Part shown: positions 1 to 9,907 of the stretch, piece after piece | Layout: the number at the start of each line of letters is the position of its first letter | How positions within the stretch are numbered: the stretch's first letter is position 1 | NCBI GenBank assembly: GCA_963665295.1 | Contig: OY762209.1 | Location: 1,568,001-1,632,000 of the forward strand | Source: Syntrophorhabdaceae bacterium | Lineage (GTDB): Bacteria; Desulfobacterota; Syntrophorhabdia; Syntrophorhabdales; Syntrophorhabdaceae | Direction of reading: 5' to 3' | Length of the DNA: 64,000 bases | Position numbers and translations under genes: made by a program | The notes under the pieces: model-generated | The model's database searches: none | What the model was told of the DNA's origin: nothing | What the model saw: only the letters and a program-made list of their open reading frames with translations

Positions 1-435
1 GCGCTTCAGGATTATAAGCGGGCCATTATCGTGGGGAAGAAGACCTTCGGAAAAGGCTCGGTGCAGACCATATTTCCTCTTCCCGACGGTTCCGCGGTGC
101 GGCTCACCACGGCGAAATATTATACCCCCAAAGGCAGGTCCATACAGGGAGAAGGCGTGACGCCCGACATCGTGGTGGACGCCAACGTGACGAGGAGCAA
201 GGACAGGATTACTCCGCTTACCGAAAAGGACCTCCTTGAAAAGGGATTGCCTGCGGACAAGACCCCGAAGAAGGTTCCCGACGGGAAAGAGGGCACCACG
301 AACAAACCGGCCGATGGAAAGAATTCCAACGGCGGAAAGAACCCGAGTGAAGCGAAGGTTTCCGATGAGGATGATTTCCAGCTTTACATGGGCCTCCAGA
401 TATTGAAAGGATGGGAGGCACTCCGGGGCAAATAA
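1..435 (+). CDS. ctpA: S41 family carboxyl-terminal processing protease, 3' part (starts before window)
   Basis: Frame open from base 1: [22 protein letters not shown]...[24 protein letters not shown], typical S41A C-terminal motifs. Confidence 0.9.
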   Translation, partial: ALQDYKRAIIVGKKTFGKGSVQTIFPLPDGSAVRLTTAKYYTPKGRSIQGEGVTPDIVVDANVTRSKDRITPLTEKDLLEKGLPADKTPKKVPDGKEGTTNKPADGKNSNGGKNPSEAKVSDEDDFQLYMGLQILKGWEALRGK

Positions 436-474
436 TCTTCACCGGCATCTCAGCAACAGGAATGCGCATACGCG

Positions 475-500
475 GGGGCGGCTTACGGACCGCCCCTTTT
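475..500 (+). terminator. Putative intrinsic terminator after ctpA
   Basis: GGGGCGG(475-481)/CCGCCCC(490-496) stem followed by TTTT. Confidence 0.55.
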
Positions 501-541
501 CACTTCAGACGTAGAATATAACAACGGAAAAGGGATACTCC

Positions 542-1240
542 ATGAACGCCATCAAACCTGTATCGGGCAGGCACAGACCGCAGGGCCTTACAATTCTGTA
601 CGAAGACCAGGATATCCTTGTTATCGATAAGGAGCCGGGGTTGCTCACCGTAAAGGCGAATTACGAAAAACTGAGGACGGCCCACCAGATCCTGACCAAC
701 TATATACGCAAGGGGAGCGCGAAGTCGACGAAACAGTTGTTCGTGGTGCACCGGCTGGACCGTGAGACTTCCGGTGTGCTCGTCTTTGCCAAGAGCTTCA
801 AGGCCAAGGAGAATCTCAAGCAGCAGTGGGAAGGCGTCAAGAAGCAGTATGTGGCCCTGGTTCACGGGGTTCTGAAAGAAAAGAGCGGGACCATCCAAAG
901 CTACCTCGCGGAAAACGATGACTATGAAGTCTGCTCCGTGACGGACCCCAAGAAAGGAAAGCTCGCCGTAACCCGGTACAAGGTCATACAGGAGTCGAAG
1001 CGCTTCAGTCTCCTCGAAATCGAGTTGCTCACGGGCAAGAAGAACCAGATACGGGTCCATCTATCCGAACTGGGACATCCGATAGTCAACGACAACAAGT
1101 ATGGCAGCAAGGGCAAGGTGACGGGTCCCCTTGGCCTCCATTCACGGTTCCTCACCTTTAACCATCCTTACAGCGGCAAGAGGATGACCTTCGAAGCGAA
1201 GCTCCCCGCCCATTTCGAAAAACACTTCGAGAAAATATAA
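542..1240 (+). CDS. RluA family pseudouridine synthase
   Basis: DKEPGL, HRLDRETSG (catalytic Asp) and TGKKNQIRVH motifs. Confidence 0.92.
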   Translation: MNAIKPVSGRHRPQGLTILYEDQDILVIDKEPGLLTVKANYEKLRTAHQILTNYIRKGSAKSTKQLFVVHRLDRETSGVLVFAKSFKAKENLKQQWEGVKKQYVALVHGVLKEKSGTIQSYLAENDDYEVCSVTDPKKGKLAVTRYKVIQESKRFSLLEIELLTGKKNQIRVHLSELGHPIVNDNKYGSKGKVTGPLGLHSRFLTFNHPYSGKRMTFEAKLPAHFEKHFEKI

Positions 1241-1463
1241 CTCCCCGGGAACAGGACGGTTTGCAAATCAGGTCTTGATATTCGCGGGTGTAATATACTA
1301 TAGGTTAATAAACCCGGGGCGCAAAAGGCGCCAGGGGAAAGGGCCTGCGCGGTAGATCCGGAATACTTCGCCGGTCCGTCTGCCTGTTACTTACTGCAAT
1401 CTCATCGAAGAAAGGTAAGCGCGGCACAATTTCATTGCTCCAATAGAGCGAGGGAGGATTCTT

Positions 1464-2009
1464 ATGGTTAAGGGATGTTTACGAAAGAGCGGGATGATCG
1501 GGATGTTTATGGTACTGCCGGCTTTGCTTCTCATGGGGCTCGTGACTTTCTACGCCCAGCCGGGCATGGCTCAGACAAAGGACACCGCGGGGATAGCATG
1601 CTCCAAGGACACCGCAAAGGCAATGGTCCACGGTACCGCCGCGGGCTTGGGCGAGATCCTCAAGGGCGTGAAGGACGAAGAGAAACGGATCGGCTTGATA
1701 CGTGCTTATGTCGCCCCCGTACGCTTTTACGCCGACAACTCGGGATATTTCTATGTATATGATATGAACTGTGTAAATATCGCCCATGCGACGCAGAAAG
1801 ACCTGCAGGGCAAGAACCTCTATGATTACAAGGATAGCAAAGGATCGTTCGTTGTCCGCAACCTCGTTGCCGCAGCAAAGAACGGCGGCGGTTTTGTCGA
1901 GTTTTACTGGGTAAAGCCCGGGTCCAAGGATGAGGTCAAGAAGCTGGGATATGTTGAGCCTATTCCGGGAACGAACTATTTCATCGGCACCGGCGTATAT
2001 CTGCCTTAA
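1464..2009 (+). CDS. Secreted single Cache-domain protein
   Basis: N-terminal hydrophobic signal; GYFYVYD...AH...GKNLYDYKDSKG...GGGFVEFYW.KP...KKLGYV resembles sCache_2; RBS GGAGG. Confidence 0.8.
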   Translation: MVKGCLRKSGMIGMFMVLPALLLMGLVTFYAQPGMAQTKDTAGIACSKDTAKAMVHGTAAGLGEILKGVKDEEKRIGLIRAYVAPVRFYADNSGYFYVYDMNCVNIAHATQKDLQGKNLYDYKDSKGSFVVRNLVAAAKNGGGFVEFYWVKPGSKDEVKKLGYVEPIPGTNYFIGTGVYLP

Positions 2010-2026
2010 TTTCCGCAACAGAAGAA

Positions 2027-2053
2027 GGGAGGCCGGTCAAAAGCGGGCCTCCC
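2027..2053. terminator. Hairpin between convergent Cache and PBP1A genes
   Basis: GGGAGGCC/GGCCTCCC inverted repeat; pyrimidine tail on minus strand. Confidence 0.45.
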
Positions 2054-2062
2054 GTATCATGA

Positions 2063-4300
2063 CTAGTTATACGGCGTGGACGGGTTGGTGGGGGGACTGT
2101 CGGGGTTGGTCGGCCCTGTCCCCGGAACTGCCTGGGCCCCCGGTTCTTCCGGTGCGGGATGAGGGGCAAGCCCGAAATCATCGGGCGGCCAGTGCCTCAG
2201 GGCGGACGCCATGAAGTGCATCCATATGGGAAGGCAGACCCGGGCGCCGCTCTCACCTTTACCCAGGGATGTCCTCGCATCGAACCCCACCCAGACGCCT
2301 GCCGCGATATGGGGCGAATAGCCTACGAAGAGGGCGTCGTAATAGTTGTTTGTCGTGCCTGTCTTGCCCGCGATGGGATATCCGAGTTTTGAGGCGACCC
2401 CCTTGGCGGTCCCGTATTCCACGGGTCCTTTCAGGAGGATATTCATCTTCAATGCGATCTCTTCGGGGATGGCCCGTTCCTTTACCACGCTGTTTTCCTC
2501 AAGCACGGTCCCCTTGGAGTCCTCTATCCGCTTTACAAAGAGGGGTTTTACCCGGTAGCCTCCGTTCGCAAAGGCGGCGAACCCTTTCACAAGATCGAGG
2601 AGGGTCATATTGGCCGAGCCTAAGGCGATGGAGAGGTTGTTCGGGATATCCGCTTCTATGCCGAGTTCCTTCATGTCTTCCTTGACTGCGCTTACGCCCA
2701 CCTCTTCGAGAAGCCGCACGGCGGCGGCGTTCTTGGAGTAGGCTACCGCGTCCCTGATGGTGATCTGCCCCTGGTATTTGCCGTCATAGTTCTTCGGCGT
2801 CCACGACCTTCCGAGGCCCATGGAGTAACTCTTCGCTTCATCGGTGATCACCGAGTCCAGGTCATAGCCTTTCTTCAGGGCGGCAAGGTATATGAAGGGC
2901 TTGAAGGCGCTTCCCGATTGTACCTGTGCGGAAATGGCCCTGTTGTAAGGGCTTTTGTCGAAGTCCCTCCCTCCCACCATGGCCAGCACGGAGCCCGTAT
3001 CCACGTCCATGCAGAGGAGAGCCCCTTCCACCTTAAGGCTCTTCACGGGCTGGAACACGTTGTTCTTATGTTTGTCCAATCCCCCGTATATGCCCCTCGT
3101 CACATCCCCGGGTTTGAAGGGGAACCCGTCCGTGGGCATATGGCCTTTGCTCTGGCCGGCTAAGACCGTGTACCCGTCCTTTGTCTTCTCCGACACGAGG
3201 AGGTCGTACGTGGCCCCTGCCTTGAGTCCCGAGAGCTTGAGGTCTCTTTCGCCTGCATGCATGAAATCGTCCCATTTCCGCCTCGGGAGGTTGTACTGGA
3301 CCGTATAGTCGCCTTTTCTCTGTTCGTAAATGTTGAGGCCCCGCTTCATGGCATCTTCCGCCGTCCTCTGAAGCCGGCCGTCCACGGTGGCGTAGATCTT
3401 CATGGGCCTCCGGGACAAGATGCCTTTCCCGTACTTGTCTTCAACGTACCTCACAAGGTAATCCTTGAAATAACTCTCGCTGAAGACGCCATTGTCTTCC
3501 CTGATGGCAACCTTCTCCTTCAGCATATCCTTCTTTCTCTTCTCGTCTATGAAGCCCTTGGCGCACATCTGGTCGATAACATACTCCTGCCGGATTCTCG
3601 CGTTGCCCGGGTGTTTCTTGGGCGTATATCTCGCGGGGGCAGGGGCAAGGCCTGCGAGGAGCGCCCCTTCCGCCCTGGTCACTTGCCACACGTGCTTGCC
3701 GAAATAGACCTGGGAAGCGGCCTCTACCCCGTATACACCATGGCCCAGGTAGAGGTTGTTCAGGTAAAGGTTCAGGATTTCCTTCTTGGTGCAGTCGTGT
3801 TCGAGCCGGTATGCGAGGATCGCCTCGCGGACCTTCCTGAAAACATTCTTTTCGGGGCCGAGGATGAGGGCCTTGATTACCTGCTGGGTTATAGTGCTTC
3901 CTCCCTGGGCCATCCTGCCGTACATGATGTCCTTCATGAGAGCACGGAGGATGCCCTGGGGGTCTATGGCCCCATGCTTGAAGAACTCGGCGTCCTCGGC
4001 GGCGAGGAACGCATCTTTCACGTACTTGGGTATTTTGTCGTAACTCACGAATATCCGGTCATCCGGCACGAGGAGGTAGACGAGTTCGTCGTTGGCCCCG
4101 TACACGCTGCTTGCCGGTTTGTTCTGCAGGTTCTTGAGGGCGGCCACTGACGGGATGTCCCCGATGATATAGATGTAGGAGCCCACGGAGAGGAAAAGAA
4201 AGGAGAGGAGCAGGAGAAAGATGAGCCAATTGAGGAGACTCCATTTCCTTTTCGGGCCTCTTCTTGTGTTTCTGGTGGTTTTTTCAGAACTTTTCTTCAA
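2063..4300 (-). CDS. PBP1A-family bifunctional transglycosylase/transpeptidase
   Basis: N-terminal TM; GT51 motifs EDAEFFKH and GGSTITQQ; transpeptidase motifs SAFK, SKN, KTG. Confidence 0.93.
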   Translation of the reverse strand: MKKSSEKTTRNTRRGPKRKWSLLNWLIFLLLLSFLFLSVGSYIYIIGDIPSVAALKNLQNKPASSVYGANDELVYLLVPDDRIFVSYDKIPKYVKDAFLAAEDAEFFKHGAIDPQGILRALMKDIMYGRMAQGGSTITQQVIKALILGPEKNVFRKVREAILAYRLEHDCTKKEILNLYLNNLYLGHGVYGVEAASQVYFGKHVWQVTRAEGALLAGLAPAPARYTPKKHPGNARIRQEYVIDQMCAKGFIDEKRKKDMLKEKVAIREDNGVFSESYFKDYLVRYVEDKYGKGILSRRPMKIYATVDGRLQRTAEDAMKRGLNIYEQRKGDYTVQYNLPRRKWDDFMHAGERDLKLSGLKAGATYDLLVSEKTKDGYTVLAGQSKGHMPTDGFPFKPGDVTRGIYGGLDKHKNNVFQPVKSLKVEGALLCMDVDTGSVLAMVGGRDFDKSPYNRAISAQVQSGSAFKPFIYLAALKKGYDLDSVITDEAKSYSMGLGRSWTPKNYDGKYQGQITIRDAVAYSKNAAAVRLLEEVGVSAVKEDMKELGIEADIPNNLSIALGSANMTLLDLVKGFAAFANGGYRVKPLFVKRIEDSKGTVLEENSVVKERAIPEEIALKMNILLKGPVEYGTAKGVASKLGYPIAGKTGTTNNYYDALFVGYSPHIAAGVWVGFDARTSLGKGESGARVCLPIWMHFMASALRHWPPDDFGLAPHPAPEEPGAQAVPGTGPTNPDSPPTNPSTPYN

Positions 4301-6033
4301 AATACGATTTCACCTTTTTTTACATCGTAGAGGCCTGAAACAGTGAGCCTCAACTCGATGATTGACGTCAATGTGAGATAACTGATAGTGAGAAACGGAT
4401 CATCAAGGGTGCTCCCCTTGCCCCTTATCGCATCTTTCGCCGCGGTAAGCTCCCGGGCGAGGTCCCTGATCTTCAGGGAGGACATGGTGGCGCCCACGGG
4501 CAGCGCGAGGGCATGAAGGACAGTTCCCTTGTCAACGAGGACTATGCCCCCGCCCATATGGAGGAGCGTATTTCCCGCAAGGACCATGTCGTCGTCGTCA
4601 AAGCCGAGGACAAGCAGTCCATGGGTCTCATGGGCCACTGTGGTGGCAATGCCGCCTATGTCCGCCCCGAGGCCCCTTACGAACCCCTTTCCCCAGTGCA
4701 ACCGGTCCCTTCGCGTGTAGAGGGCCTTCCTGATATCTTCTTCCTTCCGGGGGAGCAGGAAGGCCCCGTCGGTGGGGAGCGTCCGGTCCAGCCTCCTCGT
4801 GACTGTCTTGTCCACCATGTCGATCACGGGGGTCGGACCTGTCCCCCTTGCGGGGATCGCGAAGTCACCTTTGGTGATATTATCGAAGGTATAGGGGTTG
4901 TACCTGTTCCTTACGTCCGGGAACGGGGCCGACCCCACAAGGAGGTTGCCGTCCTCCGAGACGACCCTCCCCTTTTCGATGACCTTAAGGGGCGTGGGGT
5001 GCTCTATGTCCTCGAGGAGCAGGATGTCGGCGATCCTGCCGGGCGCGAGACTGCCTACCTCCGAATCGACCTTGAGGTACCGGGCGGGGTTCAGGGTGGC
5101 CATCTTTATGGCGTCCATGGGGGCCAGGCCGTACCGTATCGCCTCCTGAACCACGAAGTCCATATAACCCTTCTCGCACAGGTCGTCGGGAAAGATGCCG
5201 TCCGACACGAGCATGAGGGAGTCCTTCGGAAGCGCGCGGGCGGCCTTCAACAATTCTTCGAAGTCGCTCCTTATGGAGCTGTGCCTGATCATGGCATAGA
5301 ACCCGAGGCGGACGCGGTTTCGTAGGTCGGCCTCCGTAATGGATTCATGGCACGAGGTGATGCCCGCAGCGGCGAGGGTGTTCAATTTGTCATAGGAAGC
5401 GCCCAGTGTGTGCCCTTCGATGCTCTTCCCGAAAAATTTCGCGAGGAGCATCTTTTCGAGGATGCTGTCTTCGCCCTTCAGCACCCTCATGTACGACGAG
5501 AGTTCGCTCATGGTGATACATTCCCTGTATCCCGAGAAGAGTCTGCAAATGTCGTGGAGGGAATACAGTTCCCCCCCTTCCACTTCCGGGTAGGGAGGGT
5601 AGGTCGCGGGGACGCTCCAGAGATATTTTAGCGCGAACCCGTCGCTTGCCTTCAATACCTCCATGAACCCCGCCACGCCGATGGAATCCACCATGTCCTG
5701 GGCGTCGGAAAATACCGTGGTTGCCCCTTTGGTGACCGCCACCTCGGCGAAGGTGGAGGGATTATAGAAAAGGTCCGCATGGCCGTGAGCGTCCACATAG
5801 CCGGGTGCCGCCACCAGTCCTCTTCCGTCTATTACGAGGATGTCCTTTCCTGCCGCGGGTTCTCTGTCGCCCACATAGGCGATCCATTGTCCGGATACCC
5901 AGATATCCCCCCTGAAAACGCTGCCGCTGAAGACATCGACGATATCCGTATCTTTCACGATCATGTCCGGCGAAGCCTCCCCGGTGGAGACACGGATTAT
6001 CCTCTTCAAGTCCTGAAGACTTTTCTCTATCAT
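4297..6033 (-). CDS. Adenine deaminase family amidohydrolase
   Basis: PGYVDAHGH, EGH, SCHE, VSDG, GSLAPGRIADI, TVAHETH motifs; ATG at 6033 chosen from RBS spacing. Confidence 0.8.
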   Translation of the reverse strand: MIEKSLQDLKRIIRVSTGEASPDMIVKDTDIVDVFSGSVFRGDIWVSGQWIAYVGDREPAAGKDILVIDGRGLVAAPGYVDAHGHADLFYNPSTFAEVAVTKGATTVFSDAQDMVDSIGVAGFMEVLKASDGFALKYLWSVPATYPPYPEVEGGELYSLHDICRLFSGYRECITMSELSSYMRVLKGEDSILEKMLLAKFFGKSIEGHTLGASYDKLNTLAAAGITSCHESITEADLRNRVRLGFYAMIRHSSIRSDFEELLKAARALPKDSLMLVSDGIFPDDLCEKGYMDFVVQEAIRYGLAPMDAIKMATLNPARYLKVDSEVGSLAPGRIADILLLEDIEHPTPLKVIEKGRVVSEDGNLLVGSAPFPDVRNRYNPYTFDNITKGDFAIPARGTGPTPVIDMVDKTVTRRLDRTLPTDGAFLLPRKEEDIRKALYTRRDRLHWGKGFVRGLGADIGGIATTVAHETHGLLVLGFDDDDMVLAGNTLLHMGGGIVLVDKGTVLHALALPVGATMSSLKIRDLARELTAAKDAIRGKGSTLDDPFLTISYLTLTSIIELRLTVSGLYDVKKGEIVF

Positions 6034-6267
6034 TATCAACCCTTTCGCTCGCTATCGGAACAGATTGTATTCGAAACTCGCTCGCGGCGCACGTATCCTG
6101 TCAGGAAAAACCATGTAAGAATCTATCTCAACGGGGGAATTTAATCAACACCCAACCGCTCGACCGCCCGGACCGGGGCAAGGCGGGTGGTCGGGAACAA
6201 GCCTCTCCCTTACTTGCCCCTGCCCGGCCTTGAGCCCGGAACGTAAGTCCATAGGCCGGAGAGGCTC

Positions 6268-7539
6268 TTAACGGCCGGTATCCGCCACTACCCATAGACC
6301 GGGCTGGACATCTTCCGCCCTGTACCTGCCGGTGGCGGAATCCCGAACCCATTTCCTGAGGGACACCAGGTGCTTTCCTTCATCGGGACGGAGTTCTGTC
6401 TCCACAAAGGTGCAGACGGGCGTGTCGTTCGTCCAGGCCCCTGCGTTGGCATATACCCGTTTCGCCTCAAGAGGGACCTCATCGGGCGGGTAGGGACTGT
6501 CCTCATACGACATGAGACCACAATCATGGGTATGGCCGCAGACCACTATCCTCACCTCCTCGTGCTCGAGGGTGATGGACCGGGCGACCTGATCGAGCCT
6601 CCCCGCGTCGCTCTCAATGGCGTCCAGGCGTCCGACGTTTCCGGGGTGGGTTTGGGGCCATGCATCCCAGGTGTGGTGGTACCGCGCCTTGACCTCCTCC
6701 CACTTCACGAGCCCCGGTACGCCGCCGCTTCCGTTCATGACCGCGCCTTCCCTGCCATAGGCATGTTCGGACACAAGGGTGTCGAAGAGGTCCATGAGGA
6801 CCGCGTCCACGAGGCCACGGGCCGCGCCGTCCGCATCCCCGGCCTCAGGCGCCTTGCCGGGTATGTGTTTCACCCATTCTTTAAAGACCTCCGTGAGTCC
6901 GAGCATCCTGCCTGTCTGCAATGCCTCCTGGGCGTTGATCCGGGTTATGAAATACCCGAGGGGAAGGGCGCTCCCCGCAAATCCGCCGCCCGGTCCCGCC
7001 GGGTAGGGCGCATTGAACATGCCGTACCAATGGCCATGTTCGGTCCAGATGCCGTCAACGCCGTACACATGGTGCCCGTCGGGGGCATCCGGGCAACATA
7101 TGCCGGGAAAGATGTTACGTACCACCTCTTTGACGGCAAACATGTCATGGTTTCCCGGCACATAGACGAGTCTGTCCGCTAAGGCAAGGTTTTTGAGGGC
7201 CTTCACGACCGGGGCGTTTTGGGGCGCGGCCGCAATCCTTCCGTACTGCTCGCCGGGAGGAAGGGGCGCGGGATAGGGGGGTTCCGTCGGGTCGTATTGG
7301 ACGGGACATACCCATTCGTCGAAAAGGTCCCCCACTATGACCACCTCCGCAACCGAACCGTCGTTGATACAATATTCCTCAAGGAAGTCCGCCAGCATCC
7401 CCGGCCGGTCCGTATCGGGCGATAAATCAGGATGAGAGAACCAGCAATAGCCATGGAACGGCGGGGTCTGGTTTGCGCTGCGTCTGTCGCCCATATGAAT
7501 GTCGCTGATGAAAATTCGTCTGTTCGTCCCTCTGCTCAT
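6268..7539 (-). CDS. Calcineurin-like metallophosphoesterase
   Basis: SDIH, GDLFD, GNHD, HGH, GHTH motifs; ATG at 7539 with GGAGGTG RBS. Confidence 0.8.
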   Translation of the reverse strand: MSRGTNRRIFISDIHMGDRRSANQTPPFHGYCWFSHPDLSPDTDRPGMLADFLEEYCINDGSVAEVVIVGDLFDEWVCPVQYDPTEPPYPAPLPPGEQYGRIAAAPQNAPVVKALKNLALADRLVYVPGNHDMFAVKEVVRNIFPGICCPDAPDGHHVYGVDGIWTEHGHWYGMFNAPYPAGPGGGFAGSALPLGYFITRINAQEALQTGRMLGLTEVFKEWVKHIPGKAPEAGDADGAARGLVDAVLMDLFDTLVSEHAYGREGAVMNGSGGVPGLVKWEEVKARYHHTWDAWPQTHPGNVGRLDAIESDAGRLDQVARSITLEHEEVRIVVCGHTHDCGLMSYEDSPYPPDEVPLEAKRVYANAGAWTNDTPVCTFVETELRPDEGKHLVSLRKWVRDSATGRYRAEDVQPGLWVVADTGR

Positions 7540-7822
7540 GAAACACCTCCTGTTCCGCCCGGGGGACCGGGGCCCGCTCAAGGCGTCAAATGAAAAGAAA
7601 GCCCTGCCGGGTTATGAGGAATGTGACGGGAGGCGATGACGCCTCATGGACGAACCCGGGAGCCATCTATATTTTCGGGACGAACACACGTATTGTCAAG
7701 CAAATAGGGAGGCTCGTTCCGTGAAATGAGGTTCCCCTGCATTTTTTTCTTGACACGTCGGTTGCTGCTGGTGGTTCTATATAAAGAAGTATGGTTTTAA
7801 ATCTACCCTGGGGTGCGGTGAA

Positions 7823-8605
7823 GTGGACGATGAAGTAAACACCGGTTCGAAGCACTATGTGGTCCCTGCCGTGGAACAGGCGTTACGGGTGCTGTACTGT
7901 CTGGCAGAGGCGGATTCTCCGTTCATGAGTCTTCTTGAGATATGCGCGGAGGTGGGCATCCATAAAAGCAAAGCCTTTTCCATCCTCGAGACTATGCTGA
8001 GATTCAGGATGGTCCGGAAGGGGAGCGACGGCAAAGGCTATGCACTGGGTCCCGGGCTCGCCCTTCTTTCACAGAAATGTCTTGACCATCTGAGCGCGCC
8101 CCGTCTTGCCGCGCCCATCCTGAAGGAGCTTGCAAAGAAGACGGGCTGCACCGCAGTCCTGGGCCTGATCGATGGGACGAGGGTGTTTGTCGCCGCAAAC
8201 CATGAGGGCGAAGGGGACTTCGGCATTACCATGAGGATCGGACATACCCTGCCCCTCACCTATGGCGCTCACGGGAAAGCCATTGCCGCTTTTCTTCCCG
8301 GGGAGGAGCGGAAGCGCCTGATGGAGGAGAAGGACCTCTACTTCTACGGGGACCCCGCGAAGCTCGACAGGGTCCGGCTGGAGGCGGAGCTTGCCGCGTG
8401 CCGTGAAAGAGGCTTTGCCGAAGACCTGGGCGAGGTCAACAAGGGACTCAACGTGGAAGCCGCGCCGGTCCTCGGGCACACCGGAGTTCCACTGGGATTC
8501 GTCGAAATATTCGGTCTTTTCCATGAAGAAACGGCCCATCGGTATGGCCCCATCGTGGCTGAAGCGGGACGGGCGCTTTCGCGAGAGCTGGGCGCCGAAA
8601 TATAG
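7823..8605 (+). CDS. IclR family transcriptional regulator
   Basis: VPAVEQALRVL...HKSKAFSIL wHTH, YALGP, GAHGKA, AAPV motifs. Confidence 0.9.
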   Translation: MDDEVNTGSKHYVVPAVEQALRVLYCLAEADSPFMSLLEICAEVGIHKSKAFSILETMLRFRMVRKGSDGKGYALGPGLALLSQKCLDHLSAPRLAAPILKELAKKTGCTAVLGLIDGTRVFVAANHEGEGDFGITMRIGHTLPLTYGAHGKAIAAFLPGEERKRLMEEKDLYFYGDPAKLDRVRLEAELAACRERGFAEDLGEVNKGLNVEAAPVLGHTGVPLGFVEIFGLFHEETAHRYGPIVAEAGRALSRELGAEI

Positions 8606-8733
8606 GCTATCCCCCGGTCTTCCCTGCAATTGCCGCACGAGTGATCTGTTGGTCGCAGGGCCCCGCGAAAGAGACGGATATCTCCTTGGGACCCTGCGTT
8701 TTCCGGCATTCCCCGGGGGGCGGGGAAGTTCCC

Positions 8734-9795
8734 TCAGTATTCGTAAGGAGTGGGCACTTTCCTTGCCTTTTCCTGGGTTTTCCAGTACTCGATGCGCTCT
8801 TTCACGAAGGCGAGCCACGAGTCGATTTCCTTCTCCGAGTAGCCCTTGGACATGAGGTCTTTCTTGAATTCCGCAATGACGGGCCGGGCCGCGTTCATCC
8901 ATCTTGCAGACTCGGCGTCGGTGAGGGGTACAAGCTGTCCCCCCTGGCTCTTGAGGAACTGGACCCCCTCTATCTCGATCTCATTCCACTGGACCGCCCA
9001 CCTTTCCTTGTAATCATTGGCGGTTTCCTGGAAGATCTTCTTGATGTCCGCGGGAAGGGCGTTATACTTGTTTTTATTCATGATGAGGTAGAACGTGTAG
9101 GATGTGCCTATCTTCCAGCACGTGGTGCAGTACCTGATCAACTCGCCGATCTTGAAGCCTTTCAGTTGCTCCATGGGGCCGAAATTGCCGTCAATGACGT
9201 GCCTCCTCAAAGACTCGTAGAGGTCCACCATCTCAATAGGCATGGGCGTGGCGCCGAGGGTCTTGACCAGATCGCCGATCCTTCCCGTCCCCCTGATCTT
9301 CAAGCCCTTCAACTCTTCCAGGGTGTGCACCGGCTTACTGAGGGTTTGCAGCACGGCGGGCGGCGAGGTGCTGAACATTATAGGAACGTAGTCGTTCCAT
9401 TCCTTCGGCTTGAACTTGTCGTAAAAGTCGTTTGCCACGTGGGTGCTTATGTAGGCGCTTGGAGAACCGATGGGCAGTTCCATAAGCTCCATGACAGGGA
9501 AGCGTCCCCGTGAATATCCGCAATGGGAGAGGCCGATGTCGGCGATCCCCGAGTTGACGCCTGTGGCCATCTTGGAAGCGGTGAGAAGGGTGCCGCCGGA
9601 ATAGTAGGAGATTTCCACCCGTCCTCCTGTACGCTTCCTGATCTCATCGGCAAACTCCTTTCCGAATATGGTGTTCTTATGCACCACGGGAAAATAGTTC
9701 GCGAATTTGAGCCGGATCGGTTCCGCTGCCTGGGCTGTAACGAAGAAGCCGGAGAAAAGTGCGATTACCACTGCCCACAATCCTGTTCTTTTCAT
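8734..9795 (-). CDS. dctP: TRAP transporter substrate-binding protein
   Basis: Signal peptide; GGTL, GIADIG, GRFP..E...LP, LKGLKIR, LGATP motifs. Confidence 0.9.
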   Translation of the reverse strand: MKRTGLWAVVIALFSGFFVTAQAAEPIRLKFANYFPVVHKNTIFGKEFADEIRKRTGGRVEISYYSGGTLLTASKMATGVNSGIADIGLSHCGYSRGRFPVMELMELPIGSPSAYISTHVANDFYDKFKPKEWNDYVPIMFSTSPPAVLQTLSKPVHTLEELKGLKIRGTGRIGDLVKTLGATPMPIEMVDLYESLRRHVIDGNFGPMEQLKGFKIGELIRYCTTCWKIGTSYTFYLIMNKNKYNALPADIKKIFQETANDYKERWAVQWNEIEIEGVQFLKSQGGQLVPLTDAESARWMNAARPVIAEFKKDLMSKGYSEKEIDSWLAFVKERIEYWKTQEKARKVPTPYEY

Positions 9796-9907
9796 CTGTT
9801 ACCCCCTTTTCACGACACATATTTGCCTGAAAACAGGCCGTTACCGCGCTGTGAGCGCATACTCGCATCGTGCGCGGCGTCTTTCCTGCGGCGTTCCGTG
9901 ACCGTTC

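Noticed and set aside
1300..1400. Possible c-di-GMP-I (GEMM) riboswitch upstream of the Cache gene
   Set aside because: Only GGCGCAAA resembles the motif; the GNRA-capped stem, receptor and second hairpin could not be identified
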